NCBI GenBank assembly: GCA_963664195.1
Contig: OY760907.1
Span: forward strand, 1,792,001-1,856,000
DNA from: an uncultured candidate division Zixibacteria bacterium
Lineage (GTDB): Bacteria; Zixibacteria; MSB-5A5; GN15; FEB-12
Length of the DNA: 64,000 nt
Direction of reading: 5' to 3'
Positions 18,973 through 28,805 of this stretch are shown here, one piece after another. The notes under the pieces were generated by a model. It was given only the letters and a program-made list of their open reading frames with translations. It made no database searches and had not been told where the DNA came from. A program made the position numbers and the translations under genes. Positions within the stretch are counted from its first letter, which is position 1. Each line of letters starts with the position of its first letter.

Positions 18973-20210
18973 AGGATTGCAGATACTTTCTCCTGTGCTG
19001 TCTCGCGGTCTATGAGACCGGCTTCGTACAGTTTCAGCACGTTGTCGACAAGTCCTGTTTCGATTTCCACATTGTCCCTTGCCTGATATGCGAAAGTGTT
19101 GTCGAATACGTATTTGCAGCGGCAGTCAAGTCCGGCCAGAGCCAGGTCGACATTACCCATCATCTCCAGCAGATTGCCGACCTCAGTTTGGACTGACCGT
19201 ACCTGACGCATGACGACATCGAATTTGAACTGCGACCAGGTGGTTGTGGCGCCGTACGAGTAGCCGAGCAGGTAAGGAGCCAGATGGGTGCCGGCGCAGA
19301 TGTCCTCGATCATGGCCCGATGCGTCATAAACCAACTGGCGGCAACATCGCGCGATTTTTCGGGTCCGGTGTGGCTGATTTCGACGTTGTCCCAGGTAAC
19401 GGGATTCTCGTCGATTTCGAGTGATTTCACCATGCGAACGGTTGCGTCGAAGTACTCGTTGACGCGATCCGTGTAAGCATTGTCCGACTCGCCTCCGATT
19501 CGCTCCGGCGGGGTGATTTTTATGTGCAGGCGGTGATAGCCTGAGTTGTGGCTGGCCCGTTTCATGTCCTCGACCATTTGCTGTTCGATGTATGCGACAA
19601 ACGGGACGGCCTGGAGCACCGATCCGCCGAACGGTTGCGAGGCGCTGGCATTGAACGGGACGTAGAAGAAATCCGGTCGTTCGAGACCTATGCGGCGGTC
19701 TTCCTGTTGCAGGGACAGTCGCTGTCCTTTGTTGCCGTTGTTGCTGCGGAGCTGTACCGGGTCGATGGGGATGAAGCGGTCGACGCCGGAGGCGTCGGGG
19801 GAGACGGTGAGGAAGCCGCCGAAGATGCCGTCGCGGAAAAGCGAGGTGAACAACTCCGGGAGCAAGGCGTCAAGCCCGGTGCGATTTCCGAGAGGGTTGG
19901 CGTAGATTGTCCTTGAGAGTTCTTCAAGACGACTTTCAGCCGCTGTTCTTGCCGGGTCGTTTCGAGCGTCGATTATTCGGTACCGGCCGGGTGCTGCGGA
20001 TAAGCGTACCCAGGTCCAGATGCAGGAGTGGATGAGGGGAATATTGTCGGAGAGAAACCGGTAGAGGAGTTTTCGGTATGCGCCGGTCTCAAAGTCCTGA
20101 CGATTCCATGAGAGGACTCTTTCGATTTTGTCAGCGGTTGAGTAGTTGTCGGCTGTGCCGGATCGGATGGCGGCAGGGTTGCTTGTCTGTGGTTTGCGGA
20201 GTCTGCTCAT
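18969..20210 (-). CDS. phage portal protein
   Basis: About 413 aa, directly upstream of and overlapping the terminase; 'LFRDGIFGG', 'IDPVQL', 'PFGGSVLQ', 'ICAGTHLAPYLLG', 'LYEAGLIDRETA' portal-like pattern. Confidence 0.7.
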   Translation of the reverse strand: MSRLRKPQTSNPAAIRSGTADNYSTADKIERVLSWNRQDFETGAYRKLLYRFLSDNIPLIHSCIWTWVRLSAAPGRYRIIDARNDPARTAAESRLEELSRTIYANPLGNRTGLDALLPELFTSLFRDGIFGGFLTVSPDASGVDRFIPIDPVQLRSNNGNKGQRLSLQQEDRRIGLERPDFFYVPFNASASQPFGGSVLQAVPFVAYIEQQMVEDMKRASHNSGYHRLHIKITPPERIGGESDNAYTDRVNEYFDATVRMVKSLEIDENPVTWDNVEISHTGPEKSRDVAASWFMTHRAMIEDICAGTHLAPYLLGYSYGATTTWSQFKFDVVMRQVRSVQTEVGNLLEMMGNVDLALAGLDCRCKYVFDNTFAYQARDNVEIETGLVDNVLKLYEAGLIDRETAQEKVSAIL

Positions 20211-20383
20211 CTGGAGGCCTTTCTTTTTCTGAGGTTTCGCGACGGCGATTTCCACCGATTCCGTGTTGTTTTTGGTCGATTGCAGCGTCAGGGAGAGGGC
20301 AGATTAGGTCTTGAAAGGGCGTTTGGATGTATCTATATTGGGGCATAGTTTCGCAAACTCAATATGAGGCTGATAGTTATAGC

Positions 20384-21874
20384 ATGAGAATACGCCGTTT
20401 GGTACTGATGCTGATATGCGCCTGCATGGCGCTGGTGGGGTTGTCCTGTTCTGACAATCCGGCGGTCCGAGTTCGTTATCAGGCTGAGAAACTGTTTTTT
20501 GAGGCGGAAAAGGCATCCCAGCAGGCGGGCATTCGCCCGGATCTCAATACCCCGGATCTGCTTTCGAGTTTGCGCACCAAGTATAGTGACTGCCTCGATT
20601 TCTGCTATGAGGCCACAGAGTCTGTCTCCGCCAGCGAGCATCCCCGTGAACATCATGAGTTGTCCGAGCTGGCTTTCCGCTCCGCGAGCCGACTGTCGCA
20701 GTTGTATTACATGGGGGCGCACTTCGATAAGAGCGTCGAGGTCTTCAACGAACTCCTGGCAAAAGCTCCCCCCGAGGGTTCCTCGCTGGTGAATACGTAC
20801 CTGAATCTCGGGCGGGCATTGCAATCGTCCGGTGAATGGGACTCGGCTCTGGTTGTGTACAATTATGCGGTCGACAATTTCTACCCTCCGTTGGCTGAGG
20901 ACGGAGCTGTCATCCCGGCACTCTTCAACTTGCCCTCCCACATTTTCATGATCTACGCCCGGGCCGGGGATACCGCGGCAGCCGCAGTGCAGGCGGACCT
21001 TGCCGAGATATACTACGAGGGCTTAGTTGCAGATTACTCACAGGATCCGGTTGCCAAGGCAGCACGTTCAAGTCTTGTCCGTCTGTATGAGAGTACCGGG
21101 AGATGGAATCAGGCGATTGCGCATCTGAGTCTATTCACGGATTCCTCCGGTGCGGTGTCGATTCAGGCCCGAGAGCATATCGCCGATATTCATGCTCGCC
21201 GCCAGGGTGATTTCGATGATGCTCTGGCTGAATATAACGCATTGCTGGGTGATCTGACCGAAGCTGACTCTCTGCAGCGTCCTATGATTCTATACAAGAA
21301 GGGGCTGGTGTTGCTCGAAAAGAAGCGAGTTGCCGAGGGGCGGCGCGTGCTTCTTGATGTCAAGAATGCCTACGAGAGATTTTATAACGGCAGCCCGGCG
21401 GTGCAGACGGCCATCGCCCGTTCGTTTGAACTTGAGGACAATTGGGAACGGGCCGAGACCGAGTACAAGTACCTGATGGAGAAATTCGCCGGCACGCCGG
21501 AGGCAATGTCCGCATATTTGCATCTGGCGGACTGGTATTCGCGCAACGGACGTCGTCTTGAAGCCGAGCATATGGAGGAACGCGCTGAGACGGAGTACGA
21601 TCGGATTGCGGCGACAAAGGCGGGCAGCTATCTCGAGGCAAGTGCTCTGGGTCACAAGGCAGAGCTGTTCCGTCGCCAGAAAAACTGGCCCAAAACGGCG
21701 GAGGTACTCTGCCGGATTTTTGACCGTTTTCCGACTAGCGAGGTAGGTTACGAGTCCCTGTTAAGTGCATCGGTCATTTATCGCGACAAACTAAACGACC
21801 CGAGTGCTGCCGATTCGCTGATCGAGGAGATGAAAAAACGCCTGACTGAAGTTGACGATTCTGGCGAAAATTAG
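20384..21874 (+). CDS. TPR-repeat lipoprotein
   Basis: Lipoprotein-type signal MRIRRLVLMLICACMALVGLSC; many TPR-like helical repeats. Confidence 0.75.
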   Translation: MRIRRLVLMLICACMALVGLSCSDNPAVRVRYQAEKLFFEAEKASQQAGIRPDLNTPDLLSSLRTKYSDCLDFCYEATESVSASEHPREHHELSELAFRSASRLSQLYYMGAHFDKSVEVFNELLAKAPPEGSSLVNTYLNLGRALQSSGEWDSALVVYNYAVDNFYPPLAEDGAVIPALFNLPSHIFMIYARAGDTAAAAVQADLAEIYYEGLVADYSQDPVAKAARSSLVRLYESTGRWNQAIAHLSLFTDSSGAVSIQAREHIADIHARRQGDFDDALAEYNALLGDLTEADSLQRPMILYKKGLVLLEKKRVAEGRRVLLDVKNAYERFYNGSPAVQTAIARSFELEDNWERAETEYKYLMEKFAGTPEAMSAYLHLADWYSRNGRRLEAEHMEERAETEYDRIAATKAGSYLEASALGHKAELFRRQKNWPKTAEVLCRIFDRFPTSEVGYESLLSASVIYRDKLNDPSAADSLIEEMKKRLTEVDDSGEN

Positions 21875-21938
21875 GATCTTTTGACGATAGGTAATGTAAA
21901 AACGGGTGAAATAACCCGTGTCCACACCAGGAGGAAGA

Positions 21939-22499
21939 ATGAAATTGAAAGTTAACGTTCTCATGCTGTTCGCGTGCCTGCTCTTACTGCCGGTGCTGAC
22001 GGCAGCTCAGGAAAACCCTGATACGGTGCTTGCCGAGGTCGCCAAGATCGACAACTCGACCTGGTCGGTTACGGTCTCATGCACCAACAGCGAAGACATC
22101 GTCGGTCTTACGGTGCCGTTCAAGATGTCTGCCGGAATGAACAAGATTGTGGCCGACTCCGCCGTTTACACCGGCGGTCGGGTTATGCACTTCAACTACC
22201 GTGGATTCCGCGCCGATACCGCCATTCAGTGTGTCACGCTCGGTATGGTGGCCAATCTTGGCCCGTCCGACAACAAGCTGACTCCCGGTACAGGGCGTCT
22301 CGTGACGGTGTTTGTCTCGTCGCTTGAGGACAAGCCGATCGAGAATTTGACTGTCGACACCACCACCACCGAACCGACCAACAGTCTGCTGTTGTTCGCG
22401 CATAAGTCCTATGCCGATGGTATGGTGGATGCCACGACGACCGAGAAGGCTGCGAAGCGTTCTCTGGTTCCGGCCTGGGTCGTGCGCAAAGCCGAATAG
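21939..22499 (+). CDS. secreted protein with cohesin-like beta-sandwich
   Basis: GGAGG RBS; signal peptide; 'VTVSCTNSEDIVGLTVPF...LTPGTGRLVTVF' resembles cohesin patterns. Confidence 0.55.
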   Translation: MKLKVNVLMLFACLLLLPVLTAAQENPDTVLAEVAKIDNSTWSVTVSCTNSEDIVGLTVPFKMSAGMNKIVADSAVYTGGRVMHFNYRGFRADTAIQCVTLGMVANLGPSDNKLTPGTGRLVTVFVSSLEDKPIENLTVDTTTTEPTNSLLLFAHKSYADGMVDATTTEKAAKRSLVPAWVVRKAE

Positions 22500-22520
22500 A
22501 CTGCGTACAGACATGTATTG

Positions 22521-22549
22521 AAAAAGCCCGCCAAACGGCGGGCTTTTTT
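22521..22549. terminator. bidirectional rho-independent terminator
   Basis: AAAAAGCCCGCC-AAAC-GGCGGGCTTTTTT. Confidence 0.85.
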
Positions 22550-22580
22550 GTGATGTGTGATGTTTGGGGGGTGTCGGAGC

Positions 22581-22617
22581 GAGCGGTGGTTCACGGGCAC
22601 ACTATCGTGTGCCGCGC
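22581..22617 (+). repeat. 37-bp hairpin-containing direct repeat, copy 1
   Basis: GAGCGGTGGTTCACGGGCACACTATCGTGTGCCGCGC; 35/37 identical to 24959-24995. Confidence 0.85.
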
Positions 22618-23171
22618 ACGGAACTTCGTTGAGGCACTCGTTCGTGTCACGTCGAAGAAGCAACAACGTTGGGGCAAAGCATGGTTAGTCATGATTCACT
22701 CTTTAACAGTGCAATGTGTTTTATTAGGCCTGTTGTTTGAGTAAGTATGTCGAATGCCATGTCTTCGCTGTAGGATGCTCGCGCATGACCAAGATCATTT
22801 CTCCATGCATCCTTAACAGCACGCATATAGCTGATCATCTCAGATAGGCGCTTCACCCTATGTTGGTCACGTTTCGACCTAGGCGTATCGTACATCTTCT
22901 CCATTTGAACGTCAAGAGTGTTCAATACTCTGCCCCAATCATGCCATTTATGTAGTTTGGGATCGCAATCGGCACCTAATTCGTTCAAGGCTATCGCAAG
23001 ATGGGGGAACATGTGTTCTATGGCACGCATACAATGATAGGCGGAGGCTGTGAATCTATCGAAAACAAAGCATTTATTAGCCTCACCTAGTTCTTGATGA
23101 CTGTCGGTGGACAATTCTGCGATCTCAGAGGGGATTGTCTTTCCTTGCCATTGCCCCTCTTCAGATCTATC

Positions 23172-24489
23172 GGGCATGTAAGTATTTTTGTGTAAGCGGC
23201 CATGATGTATATTGGATTGAAGGAGGATACGCATGGCCAAGAAGCTCGACAATGCAGACAAGCTTATCGATGAAATGATCGCCGGGAAGACGCCCGAGGA
23301 GATAGTCGGCGAGGGCGGTCTTCTCGAAGCGCTTACGAAACGCGTCTACGAACGCGCCCTCGAAGGCGAGATGACGCACCATCTGGGCTACCCCCCCAAA
23401 GCCCCCGAGGGCCGCAACAGCGGCAACTCCCGCAACGGCAAGACCACCAAGACAGTTAAGACCGGGGCCGAGGATGTGAACTTAGCGATTCCCCGGGACC
23501 GCAACGGCCAGTTCGAGCCACAGCTGGTCAAAAAGCATCAGCGTCGCCTGCCGGGTTTCGACGACAAGGTACTGGCGCTGTATGCTCGTGGGCTTTCGAC
23601 CCGTGATATCCAGGGTCATCTTGAGGAGATGTACGGATCGGCCGTGTCGCCGGCGTTGATATCGGCGGTGACGGACGCAGTTTTGGAGGAGGTGACGGCG
23701 TGGCAGAACCGTCCGTTGGAGCCGGTGTATCCGATCGTGTACCTTGATGCCATCCACCTGAAGATGCGTCACAGCGGGCAGATCAAGAACCAGGCAGTGT
23801 ATCTGGCTCTGGGGATCAACCGTGAGGGCGGCAAGGAGTTACTGGGGTTGTGGGTCGGCGAGCACGAGGGGGCCAAGTTCTGGTTGAACGTGCTGACCCA
23901 GTTGAAGAACCGTGGGGTGCAGGACATCCTGATTGCCTGTGTGGACGGTCTGAGCGGTTTCCCCGACGCGATCGAGGCGGCCTATCCGAAGGCGCAGGTG
24001 CAGTTGTGCATCGTGCACATGGTGCGCAACTCGCTGAAGTATGTCTCCTGGAAACAGCGCAAGGCGGTGGCCGCCGATCTCAAGAGTGTTTATTCGGCGC
24101 CCAACGTGGAGGCCGCCGAGGAGGCCCTGGCCGCGCTTGAGGCCCGGTATGAGGACAGCTTCCCGCAAATCGCGCGCTCGTGGCGATCCTGCTGGGTGAA
24201 CATCATTCCGTTTTTTGACTATCCGCCGGCGATTCGGAAAGTTATCTATACGACTAATGCGATTGAATCGATGAACGCTCAGCTGCGGAAAGTTACGAGA
24301 AATCGCGGCTCGTTTCCGACCGCCGACTCGGTGAGGAAGGTGCTGTATTTGGCGATACAGAGAATCTCGATGAAGTGGAAACGACCGATCAAAGACTGGG
24401 TGGCGGCACTCAACCACTTCAGCATCATGTTTGAGGGAAGAATCTGACAACCGTGAAAAGGCTGCTTACACAAAATTCTGTACAGACCC
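23172..24489 (+). mobile_element. IS256-family insertion sequence (1318 bp)
   Basis: Imperfect terminal inverted repeats GGGCATGTAAGTATTTTTGTGTAAGCGGCC / GGCTGCTTACACAAAATTCTGTACAGACCC; 8-bp target duplication GATCTATC at 23164-23171 and 24490-24497. Confidence 0.95.
23233..24447 (+). CDS. IS256-family (mutator-like DDE) transposase
   Basis: NSRNG, IPRDRNG, YPIVYLDA, ACVDGL, QLCIVH, YTTNAIES motifs. Confidence 0.97.
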   Translation: MAKKLDNADKLIDEMIAGKTPEEIVGEGGLLEALTKRVYERALEGEMTHHLGYPPKAPEGRNSGNSRNGKTTKTVKTGAEDVNLAIPRDRNGQFEPQLVKKHQRRLPGFDDKVLALYARGLSTRDIQGHLEEMYGSAVSPALISAVTDAVLEEVTAWQNRPLEPVYPIVYLDAIHLKMRHSGQIKNQAVYLALGINREGGKELLGLWVGEHEGAKFWLNVLTQLKNRGVQDILIACVDGLSGFPDAIEAAYPKAQVQLCIVHMVRNSLKYVSWKQRKAVAADLKSVYSAPNVEAAEEALAALEARYEDSFPQIARSWRSCWVNIIPFFDYPPAIRKVIYTTNAIESMNAQLRKVTRNRGSFPTADSVRKVLYLAIQRISMKWKRPIKDWVAALNHFSIMFEGRI

Positions 24490-24958
24490 GATCTATCTAA
24501 CACAAAACATGCCCTGCAACGAAATTCATGTAGGACGACATCTACCGCCTTGCTCAATAGAGATATCACGGTTTCGGTGGTAGCCCCTCTCATGCCCAAG
24601 GCCTGGATGACACTGTCAAACACATAATCAATTTCACCTCCCAATATGGTATTGACCGAGCCTTTCAAATTGTCCATTTGCTCCGTTACGTATTCCACAT
24701 CGCTTAGCGACAACTCTCCATTGTTGTGCTCAGCAAGAGATTGGATCAGATTCCGCAGGCAATACGGCGCAAGCGCTGCATGAGAGATGATTGACGTTCT
24801 CATAATGTCATATAGGTTTGTCAGGGTCCCGCTTCAGGGCCATTGTGTGTCGTGCTCCCCACATCTATAGTCTGCGTTCATATTATCTCACTTTTTGTGG
24901 TTCGTCAAGTACATAGACGCCTTTTCGAGGGGCGGTCAGTGTTTGGTAGGCGTCGGGG

Positions 24959-24995
24959 GAGCGGTGTTTCACGGGCACACGATCGTGTGCCGCGC
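24959..24995 (+). repeat. 37-bp hairpin-containing direct repeat, copy 2
   Basis: GAGCGGTGTTTCACGGGCACACGATCGTGTGCCGCGC. Confidence 0.85.
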
Positions 24996-25066
24996 CCGAA
25001 ACAAAGACGACAGCGAGACTGGCTGAGACCATCGAGGATGAGTGACCTAGGCCGCTCCGCGCTGTG

Positions 25067-25534
25067 CTAATTGCGCCAATTCTTCACCTTCGCCCATTCC
25101 TGTATAAACACTTCTCTCGCTGCATTCTCTGCGTTTAGGACTGCCGTCGCAAACTCCTCCAGATTTACTGCTCTCTCCGGTCTTAATAGGTCGGACAGGC
25201 ACAGGACTGATTTGATGAGCTTGGCGTGGGAGTCCACATCAGGGTTGACCATTAGACGGATTTTCGCGACAGATAGGTTGGAGCGCTTCTGGCACTCTAG
25301 GACATCTCTGATGTCCGAGCCTTCGATCATCCTCATTGAGATGAAATAGTTGGCTTCCGATATCAAGCCAGCCGTCTCTCGTCGCAGATCCTCTATCCAC
25401 TCGCGCCTCAACGGTAGAACCGTCTGTTTCCTGGCGATCCGCATCGAAACCCATGGTCCTACAAAGACTGCGGCCAGAGCCACAACCAGAGAGCCCACCG
25501 GAATAATGTACGTGGTCAGAACTTGAGTATCCAT
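25067..25534 (-). CDS. hypothetical protein with N-terminal TM helix
   Basis: AGGAGG RBS; TM 'IIPVGSLVVALAAVFVGPWV' then 'RREWIEDLRRETAGLI' helical bundle. Confidence 0.75.
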   Translation of the reverse strand: MDTQVLTTYIIPVGSLVVALAAVFVGPWVSMRIARKQTVLPLRREWIEDLRRETAGLISEANYFISMRMIEGSDIRDVLECQKRSNLSVAKIRLMVNPDVDSHAKLIKSVLCLSDLLRPERAVNLEEFATAVLNAENAAREVFIQEWAKVKNWRN

Positions 25535-25835
25535 TGAACCTCCTATGATTGTGTTTCCTGTTTCACCATCCGCGCCAACCCCACGCCCATTTCGGGGTCT
25601 CCCGGCGTGTGCTGTTGGACGACCCCGTCCGACAACCGTTTGACCAGACGAAAAGATTGTTGGGTTTACGCTCCGCCCACAGGACGAATGGTGCGGCTTC
25701 CAGATGTGTGGCGGTCAGGCGAGGTCGCCTTACCGCACCTACAAGGGGCAGACGGCAAGCGCCGATTCATCGGGTCTCTGCCACCCACAGGAAGTCGAAA
25801 CTGCAGGAGTTTCGACCTGCGAGGACCGCCGTCCG

Positions 25836-27071
25836 CTAGGACTTCTTCTTCACTATACGCACAGACTGTCTTTCGGATTGCATCATGTACTCCTGAAGCT
25901 GCGACACCTGTTCCGGCGACAGACGTCCCTTCTTGTATATTTCCTTCATAAAGATCGGCGAGTTAAGCGTGAAGCACTCCTCGAATCCCCATTCACGAAT
26001 CATAAACGAGAGATTGCCAAAACTGGCTTCATCGGCGGTCTTCGTGATGAGCTTCTCGTCCGGCGACACCCTGGCGGTGACGTCGAACTCCGTCCCGGCG
26101 AGTTTTACGATATCCAGATCCTGCGCGGTGCGGATAATGTCTGCCTTCGCTGCTTCGTGACGGGCTTTGACGTCCTTCAGCTCTGCGTCGAGCGCAACGT
26201 ACCTGTCGGCCAATTCGCGCGCAGTTTCATACGTCGCCTTTTCGTATTTGTCATCGCCGGTTTCAGCTTCGAGAATCAGCCGGTGCCTTTTGGCCGGGCA
26301 GAGATGTTCGTACTCGCAGAAGCTGCAGAGGCCCGTTTCTTTTGTCGGAAAGTCATCAAGCCGTTCGGCGTTGATGGAAGCGACGACGTCGACCCGGAGT
26401 TGTTCGGCTAATTCGTCAAGTTCGTCCTCGCGGAACTGGTATGTGATGACTTCGCCGTGCTTCAGGAAATACTGGGCGACGACAATGCTGTCGAAATTCG
26501 GGAAATTCGCCTGCACGGCCAGTTGGTAGATGCCCATCTGGTGCCGGAAATCGGGATCGGTGATGCCGTGTGTGGGGAATCTGCCGGTCTTGTAGTCGGC
26601 GATCTCTATGATGCCGTCGGGCAGTCTCATCAGCCGATCTACTTTCGCCACGAACTTGAACGGGGTGCCGGGGAGTGCAAAACGGATATCCATCTCCGCG
26701 CCAAGCAGTCGGCCCTGATCAAACGGCTGGTATTTCTCGTAATGCTCGGTGAGCATTTTGCGACCATCGGCTATGTAGTCGTCGACAGTCTTATGTTCCG
26801 AGGTAACTTCGATTTGCTGAACCTCCGGTTTTTGCCACTCGGCATCGTAGGCGGCCAGGAGATCATCCAGAGGCAAAACGAACCCGTCAGTGGCCTTCTC
26901 ATACAACGGCTGAAGTACCTGGTGTACGGTTGTCCCCAGATAGAGGTGAGCGGCTCTGCTCCTGGGGACGGGAGTCTTATCGATGTACTTGAACTTGAAC
27001 TTGCGTGGGCACTGATTAAACGTGCCGAGCGAACTATGGCTGTATTTTGTAAGCATGGAGTGAATATACAA
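25836..27071 (-). CDS. PD-(D/E)XK nuclease (RecB/AddB/Cas4-like) with probable 4Fe-4S staple
   Basis: SHSSL..F.QCP, GTTVH, KVDRL, IADYKTG, QMGIY, and CSFCEYEHLC. Confidence 0.85.
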   Translation of the reverse strand: MYIHSMLTKYSHSSLGTFNQCPRKFKFKYIDKTPVPRSRAAHLYLGTTVHQVLQPLYEKATDGFVLPLDDLLAAYDAEWQKPEVQQIEVTSEHKTVDDYIADGRKMLTEHYEKYQPFDQGRLLGAEMDIRFALPGTPFKFVAKVDRLMRLPDGIIEIADYKTGRFPTHGITDPDFRHQMGIYQLAVQANFPNFDSIVVAQYFLKHGEVITYQFREDELDELAEQLRVDVVASINAERLDDFPTKETGLCSFCEYEHLCPAKRHRLILEAETGDDKYEKATYETARELADRYVALDAELKDVKARHEAAKADIIRTAQDLDIVKLAGTEFDVTARVSPDEKLITKTADEASFGNLSFMIREWGFEECFTLNSPIFMKEIYKKGRLSPEQVSQLQEYMMQSERQSVRIVKKKS

Positions 27072-27280
27072 CGTTCAGGCGCGTGTGCGCAATCACATTG
27101 TTGGGGGGAGGTGTATTCGCTGGATCCATGCACTTCCCCATTATATCGGGTGCCACCCTCAAACGATCTGAAATGCTCTCGTGTGGGAAACGCTGTGCGG
27201 AGTTTGAGGGTGTCTGGATCCCACCCGACGCTTCACTGCGTGTCGCTCTGGGCGGGGTACCGAAGGCGGTAGTCCGCGAG

Positions 27281-27314
27281 GCTGGGGCAGACGAGGGCGT
27301 CTGCCGCCCACAAG
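27281..27314 (-). repeat. REP-like palindrome family A (copies at 27281-27314, 32358-32384, 48004-48037, 62089-62120)
   Basis: Consensus GTGGGCGGCAGACGCCCTCGTCTGCCCCAGC, intergenic in all copies. Confidence 0.8.
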
Positions 27315-27319
27315 TGGAA

Positions 27320-28456
27320 CTACGTCTCGCGGGAGAGTCTGGTGTAGACGTTGACCCAGTCCTGACGCAGGCGCGGCCAGGTGTAAGCACGGGCCTCGTC
27401 ACGACCGGCGCGCGAAAGACGCTCGGTTAATTCCGGCGTTTCGATCAATTCGAATATCCGATTGGTCAGTCCGACCGCATCACCCACCGGCACTACCAGC
27501 GCATTGACCCGGTCACGCACCATGTGCAGGAGACCGTCGGCGTCGGTTGCCACCACCGGAAGACCGGCGGCGAAAGCCAGGGCTATCGACGAGGGAGACT
27601 CATCAATCGAGGATGAGTTCAGGAACAGGTCCGCATCGGCGTAGAGGGCATTAAGCTGTGAATCGCCGACTGTTCCTACGAATTCCACGCCGCGTGTATT
27701 GGTGGCGCTCACCGTTTCCTGCAGGGCATATCCACGCGGCCCTTCGCCGGCAATGACCATTTCCGCCCTCGGGTATTTCTCTTTCACCATCCGAAAGGCT
27801 TTTAACGCGCAGGAGACATTGCTCTCGATGTTCAGCGGGCAATTGAGGAGGATGCGGGGTTGGAGTCTGGTGATCGTGCGATGCGTGATGTCCTTGAAAG
27901 CAACCGGCGCTGTGACACGGACAGCTTCGAGCTGCGCCCGTTCGATCACCTTCTGCAAGTATCGTGAGCCGACAACAATACGATCGGCGGTTCTGAGAAT
28001 CGGGTGGAACCAGACGGCCTGTTTTTCGAAGAACTGCTCCGACCGGGCGGAATAGAGGTGCAGGACGACCTTTTTCCCGTAGAATTTCGCCAGGACTAAA
28101 GCCGGCAGAGCGATTCGTGCGATCGCGTTCGGAGTACCTCCGGCGACGTGTACTATATCGCAGTTCGGCACCATCTTGACCACTCGTTTCAGGAAGTCGA
28201 ACTTGGCCACGAACCGTCCGATGATCTTCCCCGGCAGACCCTTGGAGGAGAACCGATCCGAGACCGTCGGCAACGGGCACTCCTCTATCGGCCAGTCCTC
28301 GCCGGCCAGCGACTCCACCAGGCTCCAGCGTACGGCTGTCTGCTCTTCGGCTTCGTCTCGTCGGCAGCGAATGAACAGCACTCGAGGCATCGAGCTTTCG
28401 GCCGATTTCGCGAGATCTTCCGATGAGAGTGCGGATGTTCTTCCGGGTCCGTCCAT
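27320..28456 (-). CDS. glycosyltransferase family 4 (GT-B)
   Basis: IAGEGP, ADLFLNSS.IDE, AFAAGLPVVATD motifs. Confidence 0.85.
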   Translation of the reverse strand: MDGPGRTSALSSEDLAKSAESSMPRVLFIRCRRDEAEEQTAVRWSLVESLAGEDWPIEECPLPTVSDRFSSKGLPGKIIGRFVAKFDFLKRVVKMVPNCDIVHVAGGTPNAIARIALPALVLAKFYGKKVVLHLYSARSEQFFEKQAVWFHPILRTADRIVVGSRYLQKVIERAQLEAVRVTAPVAFKDITHRTITRLQPRILLNCPLNIESNVSCALKAFRMVKEKYPRAEMVIAGEGPRGYALQETVSATNTRGVEFVGTVGDSQLNALYADADLFLNSSSIDESPSSIALAFAAGLPVVATDADGLLHMVRDRVNALVVPVGDAVGLTNRIFELIETPELTERLSRAGRDEARAYTWPRLRQDWVNVYTRLSRET

Positions 28457-28564
28457 TTCTGTCCTTCTTACCTGTCAACCCTGTGTCGTTGCCTTATACC
28501 GATGATCGACTTTTTCGGTCTAAAAACAAACAAGAATCTGGGGGGACGTGCTGTCCGACGGCAT

Positions 28565-28795
28565 GAAATGAAAACGACCCGCCGTTGCTGACGAGCCGTT
28601 TTCACACTAATGATGCATCCCACCAAGCCGAATCCCTTTGACTCGGTAAGCCCCCTGCGCGCAGCTCCCTGTCCGTTCGAAAGCTTCTGTTGTCCGCCCC
28701 CCTGATTCAGAGCCCCCTTTTTAGCCCCTAACATAAATCAGCAGGAAGATGCCGCCTGTTGTCCAGCCCTGATGTGGGCATCGTTCCTGACCTGC
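28565..28795 (-). ncRNA. candidate sigma54-dependent GGA-rich small RNA
   Basis: Upstream TTGGCACGGTTCTTACT, seven GGA motifs, and a 14-bp terminal stem whose G-U pairs form only on the minus strand. Confidence 0.35.
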
Positions 28796-28805
28796 CCATA
28801 GCAGT

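Larger units (their letters stand above)
8015..20210 (-). other. phage-derived head gene cluster without recognisable integrase, replication, tail or lysin genes (GTA-like or remnant prophage)
   Basis: Portal-TerL-protease-decoration-MCP-adaptor order, flanked by host genes and a bidirectional terminator. Confidence 0.7.
22689..24803 (-). pseudogene. HEPN-like (RNxxxH) protein gene interrupted by IS256
   Basis: Removing the IS and one TSD copy joins 24803-24490 to 23163-22689 in frame (..CFVLDRSEEGQW..), 262 aa, with EANKCF...ASAYHCMRAIE and WRNDLGH. Confidence 0.8.

Noticed and set aside
8015..20210. Intact inducible prophage
   Set aside because: No integrase, att repeats, replication, regulatory, tail or endolysin genes recognised, and host genes flank both sides.
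24279..24803. Independent 174-aa and 190-aa (22689-23261) ORFs
   Set aside because: They are the two halves of one IS-interrupted gene reading into IS sequence.
25836..27071. CRISPR-associated Cas4
   Set aside because: No CRISPR array or other cas genes in the window; a standalone PD-(D/E)XK nuclease is more likely.
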